From Octopus vulgaris (Eukaryota), in contig OX597814.1 in NCBI GenBank assembly GCA_951406725.2, forward strand, positions 86,676,001-86,740,000: a stretch of 64,000 nucleotides of DNA, written 5' to 3'. The position numbers and the translations under genes are program-made. Below, piece by piece: positions 39,821 to 50,722 of the stretch. The notes under the pieces are model-generated. The model had not been told where the DNA came from, did no database searches, and saw only the letters and a list, made by a program, of their open reading frames with translations. Position 1 is the first letter of the stretch. Each line of letters begins with the position of its first letter.

Positions 39821-40165
39821 AGTCTATAAATATAAGACTAAAGCTGTCGCTGATTAGCTCCAAGAGGCCATCGCTCTAGCTAGCTATATGACACACGAAC
39901 CTGCGTCCATTACAACCTTCGAATAGGTAAATAAAATCTTCGAACAGACGGTCAGTAGCGACACCTGCTGGGTCTGACTATGCTGCATTGATAAAAGGCA
40001 ACAACCCTGAAACATGTCTGCAGATGTCTGACTAGCAAGGTGAAGCGGCTGACCTTCCCTGTTCGAAGGTTGTAATGGACGCAGGTTCATGTGTCATATA
40101 GCTAGCTAGAGGCGATGGCCTCTTGGAGCTAATCAGCGACAGCTTTAGTCTTATATTTATAGACT
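39821..40165. repeat. Foldback element: ~107-bp inverted arms around a ~130-bp loop containing a decayed hammerhead motif
   Basis: 39821-39927 vs 40058-40165 differ by 1 indel and 2 substitutions. The loop contains CTGCA-TTGATAA-AAGG(CAACAA)CCCT-GAAAC-AT-GTC-TGCAG (39983-40023). Confidence 0.85.
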
Positions 40166-40220
40166 CCCATAATCTCCTTTAGAGAGACTTAGTAATTTTA
40201 ATATTTCTAATATATATATA

Positions 40221-41481
40221 CGAGGGGCGTTCAATAAGTAATGCCCCTGACCCACTTCCCATAGCAGTAGAACAACAACACTTGGCACAGTTATTAGTCT
40301 TTTCCTACATAGGAACTACCCAGAGTTATGCATTTCTCCCATCGTTTGATACAGCTCTGGAGACCGTTTTTGTAGAAGACCCCAGCTTGGTCCTCCAACC
40401 ACGACGTGACTTCAGAAATCAAGGCTGCATCATCTGGGAAACGCTTTCCTTTCAAAATCAACTTCATGGCTGGGAAGAGGTGAAAATCAGAGGGTGCAAG
40501 GGGAGGAGTTCATAGCTGCACGCCTGTGCTTCTGATCTGGCGACACGCGAGTTGTGGACCGGAGCGTTGTCCTGCAGGAGGAGGATGCCTTTGCTGATCT
40601 TGCCCCACCTCTTGATTTTGATAGCTTCTCTTAATTTCCTCAAAAGTGAAGCATAATAGGCTCCTGTAATTGTGGTACCCTTTGCCAGGAAATCTGTCAT
40701 CACTACTCCGTCCTGGTCCCAGAAGACTGTGAGCATAACCTTGTCAGCGGAGGGCTGCACCCTTGCCTTCTTTGGAGGAGGTGAGTCACAGTGCTTTCAC
40801 TGCATTGACTGGGCTTTGGTCTATGGATCATAGTGATGGACCCAGGTTTTATCCTGTGTGATCAGTCTTTTGAAAAATTTTGACTCATCTTCTTGGCACA
40901 TCTCCAAATTCATCCTCGAGCACTCAACGCGTTCTTGCTTCTGGAAAGGTGTGAGCAACCTGGAAATCCATCTGGCAGACACCTTTTGCATATGCAAATG
41001 GTCATGAATGATAGTTTCCACAAACCCGGTACTAATCTTGACCTTATGGGCTATTTGGCGAATAGTTATGCGTTGACCTTCCAAAATGGTAGCCTCAACT
41101 TGACGGACAGACGTCTCATCAACGGCAGAAGGGGGCGACCAGATCTGAGAGCTGTTTCCACAGAGTTCCGACTATGTTTGAATTCACAATGCCAGCGTTT
41201 TACAAGGTCATATGATGGGGCATCATCACCATAAGTTACTTTCATTTCATTAAAAGTCTCCGGTGGTGTGCGTCCTTTCAAATACAAAAACCAGATCACT
41301 GCTCGACACTCAACAGGCTCCATTTCACACTTGACTCAGTTCAAACACCTGTAAATCAGAAACCACAATTAGTTCAGAGCTGTCATTCGCCACTTAATCT
41401 ATAGAGGTATAAATAAGTGCACATGCAAAATGTTGATCAAACAACTGCAAGTGGGTGAGGGGCATTACTTATTGAACGCCC

Positions 41482-41485
<4 letters not shown>
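40221..41485 (-). mobile_element. Near full-length mariner (irritans/Hsmar2-like), transposase pseudogene
   Basis: TIRs CGAGGGGCGTTCAATAAGTAATGCCCCT, TA flanks, 1265 bp. Three frameshifted ORFs with the HTH region, WISRLLT, ITQDKTWVHHYDP, KVMLTVFWD and QDNAPVH. Confidence 0.95.
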
Positions 41486-41515
<30 letters not shown>

Positions 41516-43565
41516 TATACACACACATAATATTAATGGTATATGACTATATATGTTATCCTCCATCCCATGTTATATTATCCTTGTATTAATCTTATGC
41601 AAAGAGGAGTTCCTCATGTGTATCCAACCCAGAAAATACCCTACTGTAGAATAGCGTGTTAGCCAAATAATGACACAAGAGCTCTTAAATGTACATTGAG
41701 GTTTTACCCAATGCCTTTTGGTTGTGTGTGTGTGTGTGTGTGTGTGTGTCTATGTGTGTGTGTGTGTGTGTATAATCTTTTTTATGTAACATACTTTGCA
41801 TGTGTTGTTGAAAATCCAGAGGCTGCAGTTTTTTGTCTGGGAAAAATCTCTTTAAAAAACACAATATACTTCAGAGCCAGGTGAAATGAAATCACCCAGG
41901 CAGCTACTGCGAGAGCAACAGATATGTATTTTGCTGTTGTTTTGGCTTGTCAGTGTCATGTGCTAGTGTCTCTTCCAAAACAAGACTGAATCAGCCAGAC
42001 TGAAATATGTAGTGATAGTGTATAAACTATCCACTAGTTTGTAATGGTGTCACATAAGCATAATAAAATTCAAATTATGCAATAGAAAGCACTCTAGAGT
42101 GAAATCTTAATGTATATTGTTTAAAAGCCAAGGGCTGCAGTTTTTCATTTGGGAAAATCCCTTTTTAGATGTACAGTGTTATAAAATACAATATACTTCA
42201 GAGCTAGGTGAAACGAAATTGCCCATTGCATAATTCAAATTTTATTCTGCTTATGTAGCACTATTACACATTCTGCTTATGTAGCACTATTACACACCAG
42301 TGTTCAGCTTCAAACTGGTTGATTTGATCTCATTTTGGAAGTGACATGTATCAAAATATGTATCTGTCTCTCTCACAGTCACTGCTGGAGTGATTTCGTT
42401 TTGCCTCACACCTTCAACCAATTTGCCTTCCTAGCGCCTTGACCATCAGGAATGATATCACTGCCCACATTTTTCGCCACATAAATCAACTTCAATAAGT
42501 TCAAATTGAACATCAGCCCTATGAATCTGTTTCAGTAGGTGAGTGGTTGGCAGAGGTTGCTGTTCCTTCCTCCTGACTACACCATTAAAAAAAAAAAGAG
42601 TAATGATAATGGTTAACTTAAAATTTTTCGCTCTTTGAATGCTGGTAAATATTGATATATTACATTGGTACAAAACTATGCTGGCGTGTATTTTATTTTA
42701 TTGACCTTAAAATAATTGAAACCAGCTCTTGCATGTGTTGAACTAAGAAGGTGGAAACACCAGATTAAATACTGTCGAGTATTTAGTTTGGTATTTTAAT
42801 AATTCTTTCATTTCAACCCCATTTTCATGCTAAATATTAACTTAGTTCTTTCCGTGCTTTCATTTTTGTCTATTATTCATCAAAGGACATTAAATCTTGG
42901 TGTGATAAGTGTATATGTTAAAATGTTAAACCTGGGGTGTAGATTCAAGATATGTTGAGTGCATGGCTGACAGCGACAAGTTCATTTATTACAATAGATA
43001 ATTTAGTAATTAAAAATAATGGTCACTTGCAAGTAATTGTCATCATTTACAATTCATTATATGTTAACTTAGTGTTAACTAATGCTAACTTAAGTTCTTG
43101 TTTGCTAATATCTAAGGTCATTTTAGATACTACTGCTTATTGTGGATTATAGAGTTAATGCAAGAGAGATATGATAAAGGTATACACAGGCATCTTTACA
43201 ACTACTGCATAAAGTGATTAACAGCAATATAAAACCTACCTAGAAATTGTTGCTTGGATTTTCTCTGTACTCCATTTCCTGTGAAAGTGTCTTCCACATT
43301 AAGTATATAAAATTACTATCTTCATTAATGTAGGTACAACTTTAACTCATTTTCCATTTGTTCTGACATTTTTTTTTTTATAAATAGTATGCTTGTCATT
43401 TCAATATATGAAATGTAAATGTTATAACTATGTTTCCCTTATTTTAATGCTCAGTAACCTCTGTTTCAGCTGCCACACATTTAGCACTTCATTAACCTAG
43501 CTTTTTTTCTTTTTTCATATTTGCATTAAATATATGAAATGTTATAATATCTTAATTTCTTGCAG

Positions 43566-44051
43566 CTCAGTCAGTGCGTGTACAAGAGTTGGCTACCACT
43601 GCCACAACATACAGTTCACCCAATATTCTGGCTTCAGCACATCAGCTTTCCAACATCCTGACTCCTGTTATTTGTACAACTGGCAATGCAACACTTGTAC
43701 CTGCAGCAGTTAAACCAGTCGTTTCAGCTGGTACTGCCGGTCAGACCTCTACACCTCTTACTTTAGTCCCTAATATGGCTCGCAATTCGGTGACACAAAT
43801 TTTGCAGCAGACTGTGGTTCAACGTCAGTCACAAAAGAAGCAGACTATTCTTAGCAGTAGCAACAACACCACCACCACCACTCTGGTCAACAACATCAAT
43901 AACAATAATACTAATGATAGCAATAACAATAATAATAATAATAATAGTAGTAATAATAGTAGTAATAGTAATAACAATATCAACAACAATAGCAATAATA
44001 GTATTAACTGTATCAATACCACCAATGTTGCTGTGGCGACAGTAGCACAAG
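43566..44051 (+). CDS. MNT: MNT internal exon, T/V/Q-rich with a poly-Asn tract (phase 1 to 1)
   Basis: ttcttgcag|CTCAG acceptor in phase 1; 486 nt open; CAAG|gtatgt donor. Assigned to MNT by phase and position, not by homology. Confidence 0.75.
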
Positions 44052-46188
44052 GTATGTGTACTTTTTCTATCTTTCCTTTGCTGTCTGTCTGTCTCTCTCT
44101 TCTAACAACTTTTTTGTTACGTCCTAGAATTTTGTTTCTCTCAGAACAGCACATGTCTAAATTATACAAAATGAAGTCATTCAGAAAATTAGTTCAGGCA
44201 TATAACATATTTAGAAACAATGTAACATGTCAAAGATATTGAAGTGATATATTTTGTCTTGATACAAACTGTAGATGTCAAAATATGTTACATGTAGAGA
44301 AGTGCATAAGCTAAACAAGTCACCCTAGCTAATTTTTTTTTTTTTTGTCATACCTGTGTCAAATGTACCAGTTTTCAGTGTTATGCAGGGTATCTATAAC
44401 ATAGGATTGTGAAATTGTTGTTTCATTACATAAGTCTTCTATACTTTAAAACAACACACAATAAGTAGCATCCTTGGCTAATTGATGAGATCTTTCATTG
44501 AGAAAGCCATACACAATCAATAAGATTTCAATACTAAGTGCAGCTAAGCATTCTGTGATCTTGACTTAGGTAGCTTCTTTCACTTTTCTAAATCTTCTTT
44601 CCTTACCACTCTTCAGCTCACAAACATCTATCTGTAACGGTTTTTGCAGACAAAAGAAGCAGCTAGAGTGTTCACAATTGCTGGATGTGAATAATGTCTG
44701 TTTCTTTGTTACCTTCACTCTAAAACAATGTGCCTTCTCTCCAAACTTATACATAACCTCTTATTGGTATATGCCATTCATATTTTATTTCTCTAATGTG
44801 ATGGAAACAATTTTAAACTGTTCTTAGACCACCTTGAATTTCTGCCAAACTTCAGCAATACCTAGTTAGTTATAAAATTTAATCTACTTCATGGCGTTAC
44901 CTCTAACATGAATGAGAATTTTTGCAAATACTGAGTTATTGCCCTTAAATCCAAGTGTCAAACAGAGCTTATGATAAGAGAACCAGCTATCGCAATTCCC
45001 TGCTTAAAGGAATTAGTCATTATAGCATAGTATGTGTTGATAGAATTATTTCAGTTTTCTCTCCCCACTACACATACACATTACTTACAGTCATGAACAT
45101 ACTTCATAGCTTAGTCGTCTCTCTATCTTTATTTACTTCAATATGGATCCACTCATTATCACCATATATAATCTAACACAACTCTTTTATATCTCTTTAA
45201 TTTCTGTAATACAAGCTTCACATACATGCAATTTTAGTACCTCACACTAAACTTCTCCCTGAACATTAGTAGCAATAACATTTTTTTCATTGGGGACATA
45301 TGTCTTACTTAACATAAACACTAAACATCTCAATGAAACAAACTAAAAAGCATATTTTCTCGACTCATAAACGAAACACTACTCAAGCTGTCACACTACA
45401 CTAAACCACTCATTCTTTACATTGCTAAAAGTGTGTAATAAAGGTTTGATTTTCTTCATCAAGCTCAGAAAATACTCTATCATTGAATTACTTATGTGTA
45501 GTAATATTGCTCAGCTTGTGTCAGTCTGTTTTAAACAGAGAGAGATGTCACACTACATTGACAAGTTGTTCTACATACAATAACTTCGCTGAAATTTTTA
45601 TGACCCATAGATATATTCATGCAAAACAATTTTTGAAGATGGTTGTGTGATAAATCTAAGATTACAGTTTCTGTTTTAGACATTTTTGCATTCCTTCACT
45701 TATTTGTGTAAATGTTTTAATTTTCTGCTCTACAACACAAAAATACCCTCATGGAATCAAGGGTTTTTAGAAGCACACAAAGTAATGTCTTTATGAAATA
45801 GTGTATAGGAAGTTATAATGTTCATTCTTTTCCCATAAGCATAAGAAACATGAGAATTGAATAAGTTTCAATCAAGTAGTCAAAGAACTTGACATGACTT
45901 TACAAATTACACTCTAGAGTCATTGGCACAATATTCTATTTGTCTCAGCCATCCTAGCATGTAATTAATAAAAGAAATGGCATCATTACAATTTATACTG
46001 GAGTGAAAATATTTAAATCTAATATATGATGATTCATTTCACTTTCTACTTATCTCTGTGTTACATATTTTTCTTGAGCTCTTTTATTTAGTTTTTTCCC
46101 AATGTATTAATCTCTTTTTCTTTTGTCCATCTCTCTCTCTCTACAGTATTTATCTATATTTGCTTATTTATCTGTCTGTGTATTTCAG

Positions 46189-46937
46189 TTACAACAGTTC
46201 AAGCATCAAAGACCTTGAAATCTGTGAGCCAACTTGGAAGAAGTACAAATTCTGTTCGTTCAGTAGTTCCAATGACTCCAAGCATTATTAAGCCAGGTCT
46301 TCAACCAACTGGCATCAAAGTATCTGGAATTACCAAAGTTGCAACTTTGACTACTCCTATAAGCCATTCTAAGAAAACTATTGAAGCATCTAATACTCTG
46401 ACTGGATTAGTGGTGTCATCCACAACTTCAACAGCTCCTTCAACAAATGTTATATCAGTGGCACACCCTATTGTAACGCAGACTTTGCCAGTGATGTCTG
46501 CTGTAAAACAAATTCTTGCAACACCAGCTACACAGATTATGCCTGGTAGCCCTATTACTGTGAATCCTTTATTGGGGCAGTCGATAACAAGGACACAAAT
46601 ACTAAACAATGTTACTAATGTAGGTTCTTCAGTTGTTACCACAATGTCTAACAGTCCATCAAGCATTTCCTCCAGTCACTCAGTTGTTCCATTGACTCCT
46701 ATGAAATCTGTATCACAGATTGTTTCACCCATGGCAATGATGTCATCGGCTGTCCATATGTCTCCAGGGCTTAACCAAGCCACTCAGTTAAATGTGATTC
46801 CACGGGTCCAGTACCAGCTGTTTCCCAGCAACCAAGTTGTTGGTCAAGCAGTTACAACCAAACCCCTTGTGATGGTGACAGTGCCTACTACCACGGCAGT
46901 ACAGGTATCTATGGCAGTAACCTCTACAACTACGTGA
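46189..46937 (+). CDS. MNT: MNT terminal coding exon, S/T/V/P-rich
   Basis: tatttcag|TTACA acceptor in phase 1; open to TGA at 46935-46937. The four exons total 1965 nt (654 aa plus stop). Confidence 0.78.
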
Positions 46938-47707
46938 TACTTTGTTGCCAAGGTCTTATACATACCCACACACACACTCATGTATATATTGTCTATTCTT
47001 GTACATAAAATACCATGTACAGTGTATAGCTAACATCTAAATATTGAATGAATTAATATGCAGAAATGCACATACACCAGCACCTATGTGGGTGTTTGTA
47101 TATACTTGCACATACCCACACCAGTGAAGTAAAGCTGTGAAATCTCTCTCATCCTTCTGTAAGAAAAACTAATGATGATTTATTAATAGTAGAATCAGTT
47201 CAGTTTTCTTTTGTATGATGGAAGTGAAATGGTTTAGGTTATTGCTGGTAACAGTGCCCATTCTAGTTGGCATTTGTCTGGATTTTATTAAAAAATTGCA
47301 AGAAATTTATCGAGATAATGTATTTTTACACAGTCTTTCTCATAGTTCCAGAAAGAATTTATATCTACACACAGAAATGCTTTATTTTTTACAATATTAT
47401 TTTAATAATTTATAACATACTTGTATCATTTACTCATACATATATACACACACAAACGCTCATGTGCTTGAATGTTTGTGTTTGTGTGCATGCTTATGAA
47501 TGTGTGCTTGTGTATGTTTATATATGTATATAAAATGGGCATATGTATGTATATTCCTTTTATTTGTGAGATCTTTTATTTATTTTCTCATATTGTTATA
47601 TATGTTACTTATTTATTTTTAATTTATAGTAACTTTCTGTAAACCTACCAGTATGACGGCATGTTGAGCCATGTTGGATGCAGCCTGCTGCAAAAGCTGT
47701 TCCATGT

Positions 47708-47713
47708 AATAAA
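47708..47713 (+). terminator. Candidate MNT polyadenylation signal
   Basis: AATAAA ~770 nt after the stop, followed by T-rich sequence; repeats resume shortly afterwards. Confidence 0.5.
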
Positions 47714-48385
47714 GATGTTGTTTCCAAGATGATTTCTTTTACTTATTACCAGAAATAATTTTAACTTTTTTTCTTTCTTAAACAGAACAAAGGTATAGTG
47801 TCATTTGCAAAAAAATGCAAATTACACTTCACATGTTTTTGAAAAAAGCAGGACATTGAATAAGGCAGTCCTAGATACACAATACCTGAAAAAAAAGGAT
47901 AGGATGGTCATGGCTAGAATGCCTTTCTTTAAACAACAACATTCCAAACCTAGCTTCAGCTTTTCCTATCACAAACCATTTTTTATTCTCTCTCTTTCGT
48001 ATGTATTTGTGGGCATAGCTGTATGGTAAGAAGCTTGCTTTTCAACCACGTGGTCCAAGGTTCAGTTCCACTGCATAGAACCTTGAGCAAGTATCTTCTA
48101 CTATAGTCTCAAGCCAACCAAAACTTTGTGAGTGGATTTGGTAGAGGAAAACTGAAAGAAGCCCTTCATACATCCTGTAACTTAACTGTTCGGCAAAACA
48201 GACCAATAGAATAAGTACCAGGCTTTAAAAAAAATAAATCGTGGGGTTGATTTGTTCAACTAAAATTCTTCAAGATGCTGCAATCAAGTAACTGAAACAA
48301 GCAAAAGGTAACAAGGCTATCTATGGTTTGATGTAGAGAGGGATCTCTTTACTTGAAACCGTTGGTAGCCTTGTTAACCCATAAA

Positions 48386-48423
<38 letters not shown>

Positions 48424-48807
48424 AAGCTGAAGTTGTCTGTGTATGGCAGGTTTGGTAGCCTTCAACTAACACTATCTCCTCTGAGACCCTGCGGTACAAG
48501 TTGACCAAAATTGAGAGTATGATAGAAGAAGGCTTGCTCTTCATTCTGTAGAAGAAAAAAATTCAAATCGGACCATGTTAACACCAAAAATTATTTACAT
48601 AAAAAAGGTGCTTTTTTTTCTATGAAAATCCCTATTTTTTACGATTTTTTGACTGCTGTGTCACCATTTTTCGGTGTATTTCAACCAGAAAAATGTTCAC
48701 TTAAAGAGAATAAATAACAAGCTACAGAATGAAAAACTTTTACTTTTCAAAAATTCTAATTCTAAAGAGTCGAAACAAACCCGAGCAACGCCGGGCGATA
48801 CTGCTAG
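48386..48807 (+). mobile_element. Non-autonomous Helitron
   Basis: A|TC start with (TC)n(TA)n, then TAAAGCTGAAGTTGT; 3' CCGAGCAACGCCGGGCGATACTGCTAG|T is identical to the end of 26538-26933. Confidence 0.85.
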
Positions 48808-50632
48808 TAAAGAATATTTATCCTCCAATGCCATGTTGAGCACTCATTTTCACTGTTCAATATTAACGTGTGTGTGTATATATATACATATATATACATA
48901 CATACATACATATATATATAATGTATATAATACATACACACCTGTAATAAAAAATATATAAATTTAGCTTTTCTAAATGTGATTTGCATTATCATAATAT
49001 AGCATCCAAAACGTTTTCTTTCAAGAATCCTTGATTGCAAACTCCCGTAGATTTACTGTTCTAGTTAAATTTGGGTGTTAGTGTAAGAAATGTAGTTTGA
49101 AATCCTCAGTCATTCAAAAAGGAGAACTTTAATTTCCTAAGAAGTTAGCACTAACTCATTTGAATGTATGCCAAGCTTTTCACTCAGGTGCTACCTCTTA
49201 TCAATAACAATTTCTTTAAGATCACAAATATTTCATTAGTGATCATTATATTGAATTGCATTAAGATAGTGAGCTGGCAGAATTGTTAGCATATCAGACA
49301 AAATGCTTAGCAGCATTTCTTCTTCTATAAAAGCAGAAATCAGATAGATCTGCTCAAAATTTCATTACCCTTAACTGCAGAAAGCAGTTTTATATTCCAA
49401 TCTATATTGGTATATTACATGCTAAATTCAAATCTCACCTCGGTCAATCTTTTATCCTTTTATGGGTTAGTAACAGTAAATGCCAGGGTTGATGTAATCA
49501 ACCTGCCTGCTCCCATCAGAATTGCTGGCCATGTGCCAAAATTAGAAATAATCATATTGAGTTGCTTCAGAACAGATGTCCATGTTAATACAAGATTTTT
49601 AAAAATATATTGAGCAATGGTTATAAATTTCAGTGATGCACTAGAACATTTAAACTTTACAGGGATGAATATACAAAAAGGCACCATTTACTTATAACAT
49701 AACTTTCAGATAAACTTCTAAATCAAAATTTTGCTTTATATGGTTACTCAGTTGCATTTTTCTCCAGCATGTATCTTTTGATAGTTCTAAATATCTTACA
49801 AGATTGATCAAGCTTTCTTCTGTAAAAAAGGATTGTACCTACATTCTCTTCTGGTTTGTATTTGGAACTTGATGAAAGTCCAGAAATACCACTAGTGATT
49901 GCAATTTCACCAAACCTACTTCATCTTCAGTGAAGCTTTGCTCATCATGGAAAGGAATAGGAAGACAGCGTTTCAAGTAAACATGTGAAATCCGAGCTTT
50001 TAGACATGTCTTTTATAAATGAAATCTTGTTTTATAATAAAAGCTAACAAAAACCTCCATCTTCTCAAATTAAAAATCCAAACATAAAACAACAATGGTG
50101 TATGCATCTAGATCAAGTAAATTCCATTCAGTTATGATAAATAGGGTTGCAGTAAATAAAATGGAGATGATATATCAATATTTAGCTTACCAGTTTGTAA
50201 AAAGCACCCAGTACATTGTGGAGTGGTTGGTAGTAGGAAGGGCATCCAACCATAGAAATCATGCTAGAACAAACCTGGTGTGGGCCCTAGCCTTCTCAAA
50301 TCCACTCAAACTGTCCAACCCATGCCAGCATGGAAAACGGACATTAAATGATGATAATGGATATAACAATCAATTTCTCCTTTAGCCAACTTCCTAAATG
50401 ATAGTAAGTTTATAATCAAATTATACATTCTAATCTAAATAAATTTTGGATTTTGTAACAATAATAACTCTTGGCTCAATTCCTTAAAAGAAATACATTT
50501 CCTTAAATCTTAAGGTTGTAATTTTTGTAAATATTCATTTATTAAAAAAACAATCCTTTCACTGCAGAAATCAGATATATCCACTCAAAATTTCATTACC
50601 CTTAATTGCAGAAAGCAGTTTTATATACCAAT

Positions 50633-50722
50633 CTATATTTCGTTAAGGAATGTTATGTTTGAATTTTTTTTCTTGTTGAGACATGTCAAGTTCAGTGAGG
50701 CAACATGTCCTGCAAAGGATAC
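50633..50722 (-). other. Candidate 90-nt U12-type (minor spliceosome) intron with no assigned coding gene
   Basis: 5'SS GTATCCTTT (50722-50714), branch site TTCCTTAAC (50650-50642), then GAAATATAG| with no polypyrimidine tract. Confidence 0.6.

Noticed and set aside
43825-44169. Poly-Leu/Ile minus-strand ORFs resembling membrane proteins
   Set aside because: Antisense shadow of the AAT-repeat MNT exon.
49690-50015. Minus-strand frame of ~110 codons broken by one TAG, also containing CTGAAGA..GAAA
   Set aside because: No recognisable homology or supported splice structure; hammerhead stems I and II do not pair.
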